DNA of 23,941 nucleotides from Ginkgo biloba. Lineage: Eukaryota > Plantae > Ginkgophyta. Below, piece by piece: positions 1 through 11,170 of this stretch (positions are counted from its first letter, which is position 1; each line of letters starts with the position of its first letter). The stretch lies in the NCBI GenBank assembly GCA_024626585.2, contig JANKJI020000002.1, forward strand, positions 57,142,209 through 57,166,149, in the 5' to 3' direction. The notes under the pieces are model-generated. The model worked only from the letters and a program-made list of their open reading frames with translations, searched no databases and had not been told where the DNA came from. A program made the position numbers and the translations under genes.

Positions 1-678
1 ATTCACAATTTTATATTTATTACTTGGTGGTTCATATACACCACCATCTCCTTGCACCATGTTTCCTCTCATTATAATTCCTTGTGCCTTTGATTCTTAC
101 CTTATGTTTCCTCTATAAGAACTTTTAGCCTTCAAGAATGATTTCCTCTTTTTCTATAGAGTTGTTTCATTTCTCTTTTTATTGAGGAATTCCCTAAGAG
201 TGTCTTAATTATAACCTTTATTATTTTTTTATTCAATAGGTTTGTCCTTTTGAACCTCCTTCTCAGGTTCTTTTTCTTTTTTATTACTTTGGATATTATG
301 TTCTTCTTATTAACATTTTTAAAAATGATTAGTTATTTCCTTCTAGAACTATATTTTAGTCCTTAAAATAAATTTGATGTCCCTTATCTTCAATTTATTT
401 CTAGGATCTTAATGAATATTTTATTCTTTTAGTGTTCTTAGAATCTATAATGTATTACCATTCATTCTCAATACTTATTTCTTCATCATTGCTCTCAGTA
501 TACCATAGATAAATTTCATGAGGATACCTTTTAGAATCCTATAGTAAAGACACTTAGAATACATCTCTAAATACTCTAATTATTTTGTACTCATGGTTCA
601 TTCCAACCTCAATTACTTCTATCATTATATTTTCTTCTTGGGTCTTCTGCTAAGGAACAAAATAATCAAACCCTTCCT

Positions 679-1960
679 CTAAATTATAGGGTTTGTTACT
701 ATCCAATAATTTGAAAGTTTGATGGAATGGTTCAGTAACTTTTCATGGATCATAGATTTGGGCTTTTCATGGTCCAGTAAAATCCCCTTGCTACATCTTA
801 AAAGTTCCAAGAATAATTCTTGTACTTCCTGCATGCATTTTTGTATAATTCCATGCCACAAATATCTAGTCCATTCTTCATATCCCTTGGCCCTCTTCTC
901 TTCATTGACCAAAATTGGGCATCAGGTACTTTGTTAACGAGCAACTTCATCATACATAATATTAATGGTCAAAAATTTAGGCAATTTCTTGAATGACTCA
1001 AAAATAGTCTTCCCTTTCAAAGAAATCTACCAATTTCAAACTCTATAGATATTGCTTAATCTCTATAGGCACTCTATCCTTGCTTATTCCTCTTCTTCCT
1101 TGGAAATTCTTGATTATAGAAGCATAGACATTTGAGACCTCAACTTTAGTCTTCTCATAACTCTCTCTAGGTTTCCACTAATGAAAAAATTTCTTCAATA
1201 TGAAACATTTTTTCAATCTTGTTGGCTTCCTTGTTAGTATTTCTCTGTCGAATGGATACTTATCCAACACTAATGTTAATAAAACTGGAGAATTACTGAA
1301 TGTTTTTACTCCTCTGTGCACCATGTATATATCTTGGAGCACTTTGTTAGCATAAAACTTTACCAAATTATACTTTACATTATTATGTAAAGCATTATAA
1401 ATAATTCTTCCCCATCCTATTGGCAAGTTGGTAGTATCATTCAACCCCAACATTCTAACAATCCCCATGGCTACAACTTCAAAGGCTGCACTTATTATGT
1501 TAGTCAAAGGTAGCAATACATCATTGCTATCCTTTGGGCTCTTCATAATCTTACTTAAAACCTTGTCCACATCCTTATGTCTATGCATTTTAAACAAATT
1601 TTCCTCCAACTCTAGATTTATTGTTTTCCCTTCGTTAGCAATTCCAAACATTTTTTAAATTGTTTCTGCATCCATATCTAAAAACTTACTTTTCAAAGTG
1701 ATCCTTGTGTTTGAAACTACATATATCAATTTCATCACCAAATTGGTGCATTGCATAATCGTTAGCACTGTCAACAAGATGTAGAATCATTCTCTTTAAA
1801 CCACCCTTTAAATTCCACTTCTGAGTCTATCAACTTCAACCCTTTCATTATTTTGTTTACATCATTGCTATACCTCTACCAATGCTCTGGTATAGCATCG
1901 TCTACCACCAGGTTTCTCTATAATTCCATGTTTCGAGACATTACAGTGATTATTTCCTTG
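679..1960 (-). mobile_element. Decayed ORF, probably an accessory (non-gag/pol) ORF of an LTR retrotransposon
   Basis: The 157-aa frame 1178-1651 is protein-like and continues through stops and frameshifts on both sides (to ~1930 and 679-912). No intron structure is evident and the context is repeat-like. Family assignment is inference. Confidence 0.45.
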
Positions 1961-3460
1961 CTTTGATGATATATGGACTGTTCAGACGTCCAAAATTAAG
2001 TTTTACCAAGATCACTTCAATCTCTCCACAACTCTCGTAGATCAACTTAATCCAACTTGCCAACAATTGTTACAGTCCAACCTTTCAAATTCCTATGACT
2101 TTAATTTGCACTGAACTTCACACTCCCCTTCAATTGCACTAACTCTCAAGAAATCTCCAAATCTCTGAATCATGTTATGAAAAATCTTGTGAGTGAAGGT
2201 GTTTATTTTTATCAACTTGGGTTGATTGAGGCATTAATGCACCGAGTTGTCCGCATGACTTTGCCATTAGTTACTCGTCACTATTTTTGGGTATCTGTGC
2301 TTTAAGTGTGAGCCATTGGATTTCACTTAATCGCGCCTTTTGCTTTATTATTGGCTTTTGTTGATTTTTCAAAAATTTTGCATCCTATTGTGGCTTGGAA
2401 CCTTACCTTACTTTGTCACATGGTTTTACACCTTCGTAGTCATATGCAACTTTATCCTTTCTGCATTGCGTCACTACTTACGACAACATCGTAGCCTTAT
2501 GTGGTATTGGGGCCTTTTACCCATTTTGCAACCTTTTGCATTTTGTCGCACCTTGTGACAATGCATTTCCTTCCTTTTCCTTAAGTCATTGGATTTTTCA
2601 AATTTTTAACATGCTGAAGCTTTTTAGATAATATTGGATTTATGCATGTGCAACTTTGAAAATTTCCTTAAGTACTTTTATCCCTTTCCTTAGGCGATAA
2701 ACATCAGATACTTGGAATCTTTATCAACTTCTAAGTGGTGGAATCTTTATCCGACCCTTATATCTTTGATACTGTTTTCCTCATGAAGAATATTCTCTTG
2801 CATGTCTTCAAGAATGTTGTATAAATCCTTTGAATTTCAACTCTATTGGCCTTATCTATAGCCAATATATCTATTTTTAACTTGTTCCTCATCGCTGTAG
2901 CATGCCTTATCAACCACTTTCTTGTATTTTGCATATCCTTATGGCTACTTTCTATCAACTTCAACTTCTTTATTCAAATCATTGNNNNNNNNNNNNNNNN
3001 NNNNNNNNNNNNNNNNNNNNNTCCTTCTAGAAGCTTGTTTCCTCCTCTTCAAGTAGGCATATCTATTCCCTTGATCTAATTCCATCGTCATATTCCTTTT
3101 TATTTCCAAACACACGTACTTCTAGTTGCTTATCGCTACCTTTTGCTTAAGTCTTCCTCACTTTGTAGTTTTTTGCGATATGTCATTTCCTTGCGGCTAG
3201 TCATTTTCTTCAACTCACCTTTGTTGCATCGTCTCACACTTTTGCAATATGCCAACTTTCCAAGTCTTTAACATATGCATTTCAGGCGATCCCAACACTT
3301 TTTTGTGACCTTTTTCCTTAGCCAAAATCCATCAAAATTGATTAGATTTCAATTTGTTTTTTCATCTTTTTGACAGTCTTATCTTTCTTCTTTACTTGGA
3401 AGAATTCTTATTACTACAAGGTTTTCTCCTTTGTAGATTTTCTTCTCTTTAACCTTTGTA

Positions 3461-4196
3461 GCCCAGACTCCTTCTAGAGATAGCAGTAGAGAATTTTTCG
3501 CAATAGGCGAAAGCCTAATGGAGCAATATTGCGTGAAGGTGGAAGGTCCACGAGTATCTTAGGAATAAGAATCGACTAACTTTGTGTTGATAGCCACGGT
3601 AAGATAGGGGATGCAAGAGTTATTCAGAATGATTGAGTGTAAAGTGTCTTTAGGTGGCTTTTCAAGTTCGATGTCAAATTCCAGGGCTTAACCCTAGAGG
3701 TGGTGGAAACTACCAAGTTGGAGTATGGTAGGGGCAGAGGGAATTTTCTGTGGAGCGAATAAATGCATAGAGATCGAAAAGAACACCAACGATGAAAGCA
3801 CTCTGTTGGGCAGACACTGACATTGAGAGACGAAAGTTAGGGGACCAAATGGAATTAGATACCCCAATAGTCCTAGTTATAAACGATGGATTCTAAGCGT
3901 TGTGTGTATCGACGTGTGCAGTGTTGTAGCTAACGCATTAAGTNNNNNNNNNNNNNNNNNNNNNNNNNNNNNNNNNNNNGAGGACATTCGCAAGAATGAA
4001 ACTCAAAGGAAGTGACGGGGGCCTACACTAGTGATGGAGCATGTGGTTCAATTTGATGCAACATGAAGAACCTTACTAGGGCTTGACATGCCGTGAATCC
4101 TCCTAAAAGAGAGAAGTGCCTTCGAGAATGTAGACACAGGTGGTGCATGGTTGTCATTAGCTCGTGCCGTAAGGTGTTGGGTTAAGTCTTGCAACG
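3461..4196 (+). pseudogene. rrn16: Nuclear plastid DNA (NUPT): degenerate partial plastid 16S rRNA gene
   Basis: Colinear decayed 16S motifs (gcccagactcc, attagatacccc, gaaactcaaagga, gaagaaccttac, gtgttgggttaagtc) with plastid-type strings (ggaaactaccaag, ggggcagagggaattt, gaaagcactctg, ctcgtgccgtaagg). Many C>T and G>A changes hit universally conserved sites and there is an internal deletion. The 5' end is truncated and the 3' end runs into an N gap. Confidence 0.95.
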
Positions 4197-6554
4197 NNNN
4201 NNNNNNNNNNNNNNNNNNNNNNNNNNNNNNNNNNNNNNNNNNNNNNNNNNNNNNNNNNNNNNNNNNNNNNNNNNNNNNNNNNNNNNNNNNNNNNNNTTTT
4301 TGCCAGTGTAGCAGAATTCAATCTTGTTTTCGGGATTTGTGCTAGTGGTTTAAGCAGTTGTGTGGGACAAAACAACGAGTTTTTGGGGCATACATAGAAT
4401 TTTTAGAATTTACTTTTCATTAGTGATTTGCTTGTATGCACTGTTACAATGGCTGGCCTGGTTCGCGAACCCGGTAACACAGTCTAAAACGGTTTTGAAA
4501 GAAAATGATAAAAACAATTTTTTGAGTGGGCTGACGGTCTTTTGCAACTATGATCCTTACATGCCCACTTATTGTAAAATGTGATATATGAAACTTTACA
4601 GATTGGAGGCGAAGCTCATGTGATTAAAGTGCTTGTAGGCTAGTTGGTTCACAAAATTAGGCAACCAAAACATGGTGAGGTCATTGAGATAAAACCCCTA
4701 GTGGGAAAAGTAGTTGTGGCAAAAGCAAAGATTGATTTTCTTAAGAAGTTTGTGAATATGTGGTTGGCGGTTGCCAGATTCCTATGACACCTATGTCTAG
4801 TTTGCAAAAAAATTTACAAATAAAATTTTCNNNNNNNNNNNNNNNNNNNNNNNNNNNNNNNNNNNNNNNNNNNNNNNNNNNNNNNNNNNNNNNNNNAGCT
4901 TTATTACCACCAATGCGAGAATTGTCTTTAATTAGGTTGAGTTGTTGTGTGTTGAGCTTTGATGACGATTTAATGCCATTGATAAGCATCTAGGCGACCA
5001 AGATCAAGCTTTTAAGTAAACTAATTATCAACACAGTGAGGAATCAAATAGATGTAGTTTAGGTACAATAGGAGTTATAGAGATTGGAGAGGGAGATCAA
5101 CCAAATGGTGTAACTCATGAGCAACACCAGGTGCCCATCCCTCCAAGCATGAATATTGATTGGGCTCCTTGTTGATGAGAGTAAGCTTGATGAAGCCAAT
5201 TTGACAATATCTCCAATGAAGGGAGAAAAAGAAAGATATACATCCACATTTAAAAATGTTGTAAAGATAATAGGCATAAATTTCTTATATAGTGACACTT
5301 GAATGGGGATAATAAAGGCTTGTGTGAGGTGAGATGTATGCCTAGAACATTGGATCCCTTCAAATAGACAAAATATAGTATGAATAATGTGCGGGCTATC
5401 GGTTATAAGGTTGGTTGTATTATATTAAGTTGATTACATTAGAAGAACATTGGGTGTGAGGAAACATTGTTAAGGTGTTGGTTGCAAAAGATAGTCACAA
5501 CTAAATACATGTTGGTCACAAGGAAGAAAACATTGTTTGTTTGGAAGCTATATGCTTTACTCATTGAAGTGTTGGTTCTAATGTGCTACAACATCGATCA
5601 CGATAGAAATCACCTGAAATTGCACTAACTATTATCCTTTCTTTTTCATGTAGACTTAATTATTAATGAAAGGTATCATTAATGAGTGATGGATTGCAAG
5701 CATTTAGGCAACCCATTCTTTCATCTTAAATGAATGCCAAGCAATATTAGCGTATCTCACATTAATTCATATACAATAGCCTAACCACTAGACATTTTCC
5801 CATGACAACTATATTGGGTAATCAATGTGATTGTGAGATAATCACATCGATAAATTTTGCTATGCCAACTTGTGGCTATTATGGTTATCTCTTGTTTTTG
5901 ACATCAATGAAAGCATTCGAGGATGAGTGTTGATGAATGTATCACTAAATAACATGGAACGCATACATGCACTTGCAAAGAGGCTTAGTTTGAAGCATAC
6001 AACATTTGTAAGGCATGAGATGCTTGAGAAAGACAAGTAAAAGGTCTCCATTGAACAATTGTAGCAGCTTCATACACAATACAGGAGACATTATTAAGGA
6101 CTAATGCAAAGAGGAAGGTTTTTAAGGACAAGCACAAGGTGGAGCAATTCTTTCAAGTGCACCAGGTTTGTNNNNNNNNNNNNNNNNNNNNNNNNNNNNN
6201 NNNNNNNNNNNNNNNNNNNNNNNNNNNNNNNNNNNNNNNNNNNNNNNNNNNNNNNNNNNNNNNNNNNNNNNGCACATTGTCCTGGGATAAAAAACCCATC
6301 ATTAACTAGTAAAGGAAGTAAAGGTATCAAGGAAGGTGAACACCAAGGAAGGCAATAAAGTCCACATATCTAAAAACATCATTAAAGGTGGTACAATAAA
6401 GGTGGAGTAACCAGGATCCTTGTCTTGGGTGAGAAAGGCGATCCCTTACCCACTAAGGGAGGGGAAAAGTTCCCATGAGGGAATAACATGCCGACAAAAA
6501 AAGTGGGACCCATGAAAGATCAAAAAAACTTTGGAAAAGGAGTTGCATCCACTT

Positions 6555-6771
6555 CCTAGCCGTGATAGTGTCCTAGCTGATCTAGGAAGGAACAAGGACC
6601 CAGGAAGGAAATGTAGGGCCCAAGAGGAATAAGTCCTGGCCATGATAGTTTTCCTCATTAACCTAGGAAGGAACAAGGACCCAGGGAGAAATATTCCCTA
6701 GCCACAATAGTGTTCCTGGCTAACCCAAGAAGGAAAAAATACCTAGGAAGCAAAGGTAAGGACCAAGAGGA
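6555..6771. repeat. Imperfect tandem repeat, 3 units of ~60-80 bp
   Basis: Units start at 6555, 6635 and 6697 with CCTRGCC..RATAGT. Units 1 and 2 share CTAGGAAGGAACAAGGACCCAGG exactly. Units 1 and 3 share a GTA..G.CCAAGAGGA tail that unit 2 lacks. Confidence 0.85.
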
Positions 6772-7178
6772 TTGCCTCTACTGCATTCTATCTTGTTACC
6801 AAAAATGGGTAACTCTTGCATTAGGGCATGTAGATATCTCAAGTGCAATTTGATTGCCACTTTTTTTATTTGGCATCAAGTACAATGAGGTCCATTGTGA
6901 CCAAAGCGGTGAGGGATTGACGTGTCTCAATTGCAACTTGTAACACTTGGTTACAGATCATGTGACATCCAGAGTTAGTTGCATATTTCTATTGATGCTT
7001 ATTTTGATTATTGGTGACACACCATTGTAGACTACTTCCATAATTTATAATTTAAGTTTTTCACTAAGGCACATTGTAGTTATGTTAACNNNNNNNNNNN
7101 NNNNNNNNNNNNNNNNNNNNNNNNNNNNNNNNNNNNNNNNNNNNNNNNNNNNNNNNNNNNNNNNNNNNNNNNNNNNNN

Positions 7179-7805
7179 TTCTTGTAAGTTAATCATATAT
7201 GGTAAACCAATCTAATATTAGTGACTAATGCCCTTTCGTCCACATTAAGAAGGGATGAAGTATTCACCATTGTATAATGAGGATGTAGGGTAAAGTTTTG
7301 GAAATTAGCATATAAAGGAGTAGAGGATTTTACTTACCTTCTTGAACTAGCTTGTATTAATGGCTTGTTTCTTGGTCAATGAAATTGGACAAGTAAATTT
7401 GTGATCGTGTATGAATTCTTAAATGGTTTGCTTTCTTGTATCTCATGCCTTAAGGAAGGGAGAGCTTATGGAATTAAGCAAAGGAGTTCTTGAGTCGCTT
7501 GGAGTACTTGAAGCATTCCTAGGATTTGGTTTAGTTCTTGAATTTAATAAATCTATCTTCTTTGTCTTCTTCTAGTTGCCTTCTTGTAAGAGAAAGAAAT
7601 TTACCATTCTTGTTATGTACATTTGGGGCATCATTGGAAGTCTTCTTTTTAGGTTATTAAGGGAGTTGGGGTTTTAAGAAGGAGCATGAAGCACCCACTA
7701 AGAAGAGGAAGGAGTAAATCTTGGAGGAAGGTTGAAGCATTGCACTTAGATGGTTAAGCATTAGGAAGAGTGTTCATCTAGCTTCATTAGCAAAAAGATG
7801 TTACA
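7179..7805 (+). mobile_element. Possible 3' part of an LTR ending ...TGTTACA
   Basis: Non-coding; AATAAA near 7546 and a TGTTACA terminus at 7799-7805 resemble an LTR R/U5 end. No matching 5' end or TSD was found. Confidence 0.25.
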
Positions 7806-8069
7806 ACCCAAACTTTGCGAATTTGGCCTTGTAGAGTGGGTTAAGGGTAGCCTTAAGGAGCGTTGTAAATTCAACCTCGAAGGTTGCTACTAAACCTAAG
7901 CTTAGTGATGTGGGTTGGATACACGTTTTATGCATGTTGGTTAAACCCCATGTANNNNNNNNNNNNNNNNNNNNNNNNNNNNNNNNNNNNNNNNNNNNNN
8001 NNNNNNNNNNNNNNNNNNNNNNNNNNNNNNNNNNNNNNNNNNNNNNNNNNNNNNAAGAAAAAAAAAAAT

Positions 8070-9590
8070 TTATAGTGTTGATGCAGAAAATTCCACAATC
8101 CTTGAATGACTTCCGCATCCTCCAATCCAATCCAAATTTGCTACAAAAGGTTAGGCATTGCATCAACTGGTTGCGGTGTGATGACTGTTTTGCAATCAAG
8201 ATTACTTTGGCATCTGCTCCTCACTGTGTTAGGCTTCCATTTGTGCAAGCTTGTGCATCCGCTCAGCCAATAATTGATTGCCAGAATCTTTCCACTTCAT
8301 TGGTGCAAAAATTGGCTTCAAACTTTGACTCACTTGGAGATTATTCTCTGCTTCAACAATAATATAATCGTCCATGAGTTGATTAGATGGATGATTCCCT
8401 ACTTTGTCAATTCATCATCCATTACACCTTTGATGAAGGGTGATTCGGATTCCCATCATGCATCATCAATCTTGACCTCCAATTCATACTCTCTACAAAT
8501 CTTGATCACGTCTGTTATCACCACTTGTGATTGGGAAACCCTGTGTTTCAATCTAGATCAGCAATGGCACGAGATGTTGGAGTACGAATCCCTAAGTTAT
8601 GGATGTCGATTAACATTGAGATTGCGGGACTATTCCATCCATAAGATCAATCACACATCAATAAATGAGACATCGGGAGTCAACAACAAAGATATATCTC
8701 ATTAGTATGTGGGAAAGTTACATAGGGTATCATCAAAGAATCAAGCCAATGCTTACACCATGATTATCCTATCACAAAATAATAGGTATCCCTTTTTAGA
8801 TGAAGGGAACCATGTACATGGAGATGGGTGGTCGTTGGTGACGGTTGACATACCAAATCATTGATGATTGCCTCCCATAAGCATAATCACTAAGGTAAAT
8901 CCACTAACTAATAATTGGATGATCGTCGTTGGTTCTCGGCTGTTTGAGTGTTGTCCAAGTGTCATCCACCAGCGTTAGAATTTCCCACTTATGTCCTGTA
9001 GTGACTAAGGTCACTTCTGACTTACACAAAATGTTGGGGCTATCCACAATGCAAACTAGCCACTAATAATTTGCATCTTTCACAGAGGATGGGGTTTCCT
9101 ATTGTACAATTTAGAGTTTGTTCACACTTGCATCTGCTTGAATCTGAGTAGCATATTGCTGGTAGCACTTTGCCTTTGGGTGGCCCATCTTCAATGAGAT
9201 TAAGGGAAGATATTACTAACCTTTTAGGGATGTGGTGGGGTACCTCTCCACATTCATTGCATACAGAAATCATCGGTGTAGGCTTTTTATCAGAGAGCAT
9301 TTTTTTGTAGTCATTTTTTTTGGAGGGGCGTACCCAAAGTATAGACATGACTCAACCTATTGTTTCATTCTTCCCGCTAGTGACTAAGAAGTGGAACAAA
9401 AATGTCCTGCAATCAAACAGATCACAACCACACATCAAGCAATATTCAGAGACTCAAGCTGGTTGCTGGCCCACTGTGCAACCCTCTAGGAGGCATCCCA
9501 ACAAGATCAATAGTGTCGGGGCACATTCTTGGATAAGAGGTGTTGGTGGCCTAATCACCACCTCTTGAAGGAATTCTGAAGGGGATTCAG
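8070..9590 (-). mobile_element. Decayed Ty3/gypsy-like gag region
   Basis: The minus strand shows degenerate zinc-knuckle-like motifs (CNECGEVPHH in ORF 9040-9348; a frameshifted W-C-D..LIAGH near 9400-9435) followed by YATQIQA, resembling the 'VTRSQ' motif after gag. No protease or RT motif was recognised. Confidence 0.35.
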
Positions 9591-10987
9591 ACTTGGATGC
9601 TAGGATAGATGTTGTTAGAGTTAGAGACAGATGTTACGTCTAGACCAAACAATTTGGATCTAATAGACACTAAGCCACAGATTATCATATAACAAAGGAT
9701 ATTGTTAGAAGGGCTATCTTATATCAAGTTTTGCCAGCTGCAGTTACTGGCTCCAACTATACTGCATATCTTTGACTCTTTTTATCCCANNNNNNNNNNN
9801 NNNNNNNNNNNNNNNNNNNNNNNNNNNNNNNNNNNNNNNNNNNNNNNNNNNNNNNNNNNNNNNNNNNNNNNNNNNNNNNNNNNNNNNNNNNNNNNNNNNN
9901 NNNNNNNNNNNNNNNNNNNNNNNNNNNNNNNNNNNNNNNNNNNNNNNNNNNNNNNNNNNNNNNNNNNNNNNNNNNNNNNNNNNNNNNNNNNNNNNNNNNN
10001 NNNNNNNNNNNNNNNNNNNNNNNNNNNNNNNNNNNNNNNNNNNNNNNNNNNNNNNNNNNNNNNNNNNNNNNNNNNNNNNNNNNNNNNNNNNNNNNNNNNN
10101 NNNNNNNNNNNNNNNNNNNNNNNNNNNNNNNNNNNNNNNNNNNNNNNNNNNNNNNNNNNNNNNNNNNNNNNNNNNNNNNNNNNNNNNNNNNNNNNNNNNN
10201 NNNNNNNNNNNNNNNNNNNNNNNNNNNNNNNNNNNNNNNNNNNNNNNNNNNNNNNNNNNNNNNNNNNNNNNNNNNNNNNNNNNNNNNNNNNNNNNNNNNN
10301 NNNNNNNNNNNNNNNNNNNNNNNNNNNNNNNNNNNNNNNNNNNNNNNNNNNNNNNNNNNNNNNNNNNNNNNNNNNNNNNNNNNNNNNNNNNNNNNNNNNN
10401 NNATATAGTACTTACTTTATATGTTAAAAGTATTCGCCAATTAATTATACTTATAAAGCATAAGGCATTCCTTAAGATTTTCCCTGCTGGTCTATCCAAT
10501 GCACATTTGGTTGCTAAGTCAGTGGAACAATCAATTTGGTAAAATTGGATCAGTATGAGCATAAATATGTGTATTGCTCATTCTGCTATTTCCACAAAGT
10601 TAAGGAAATGATGCAAACAACATTTTTTGAATGTGATTCCTTGGACACATTATAATTAAGTGTTTTGACTAGCTGATCTATCCCTCTATCATCGTTGATT
10701 CTCAGCGTTGTTGAAATTGGCAGAGATCTGAACACTTGTCATAGAGTGAAGCTTTTATTTTAACAACTTGAAAAGTTGTATTTGAATCAATTGTAGCCCC
10801 TTGTAAGTTATAACAGTACAGTGTTGGGAGGTGCACCAATGTGTCCATGCACTGTTTGAGGTTGCATTGATTGAGCCATTGAGCTTGCATTAATGCATTA
10901 TCTTAAATGCAATTTTTTGCTTTCCTTACTCATGATATATTTTTCTTTTCTGTCCTGACATTTTATTTTGTGGCTTGCCATTGGCAG

Positions 10988-11137
10988 GGACCTGTCATTT
11001 CTGATTTATGTAACTGCACACAAAGGCTGAGCTATAAGAGAGAAGCAATCTATAGAATAACAACTGTAGATTAAGTTGTCGTGCTCATTGCCAGCTGGCT
11101 TCAGTATATTTGGTCGATCCATGCATCTGGTGGCATC
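10988..11137 (+). other. ATG101: ATG101 5' leader portion of the start-codon exon
   Basis: Preceded by a T/C-rich tract (10913-10970), a CTGAC branch-like motif (10955-10959) and TGGCAG|G acceptor at 10987/10988. This implies at least one further upstream exon. Confidence 0.7.
11008..11013 (+). promoter_or_regulatory. Minimal AUG-stop uORF (ATGTAA) in the ATG101 leader
   Basis: gatttATGTAActg lies inside the predicted leader exon; its stop ends 124 nt before the main ATG. Function is unproven. Confidence 0.5.
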
Positions 11138-11141
11138 ATGA
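11121..11141 (+). promoter_or_regulatory. uORF MHLVAS* whose TGA overlaps the ATG101 start codon (ATGA)
   Basis: ATG CAT CTG GTG GCA TCA TGA; the stop at 11139-11141 overlaps the ATG at 11138-11140. The uATG context is weak (T at -3, C at +4); the main ATG has A at -3. Confidence 0.6.
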
Positions 11142-11170
11142 ATTGTGAAGTTTTTCATCTCAAAGAACTG
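11138..11170 (+). CDS. ATG101: Autophagy-related protein 101, first coding exon (MNCEVFHLKEL)
   Basis: ATG AAT TGT GAA GTT TTT CAT CTC AAA GAA CTG followed by a donor CTG|GTGAGC (phase 0). Matches the plant ATG101 N-terminus as I recall it (MNCEVCQLKELEVEHFEIREVLRC) and splices in frame to 23568-23604. Confidence 0.93.

Noticed and set aside
3461-4196. Functional or bacterial 16S rRNA gene
   Set aside because: Truncated, carries a deletion and substitutions at invariant sites, has plastid signatures, and is flanked by nuclear repeat-like DNA.
6555-6771. CRISPR-like array
   Set aside because: The sequences between the conserved cores are themselves homologous, the context is eukaryotic and there are no cas genes.
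9702-10562. Long ORFs of 241-272 aa in the ORF track
   Set aside because: Almost entirely N gap translated as X; artefacts. The same applies to the other X-containing ORFs.
10886-10897. 12-bp palindrome TGCATTAATGCA
   Set aside because: Palindromes this short are expected by chance in 24 kb of AT-rich DNA.
10988-11074. Terminal coding exon of a separate gene
   Set aside because: The same exon continues to the ATG101 start and a strong donor at 11170/11171. Kept only as a possible spliced uORF.
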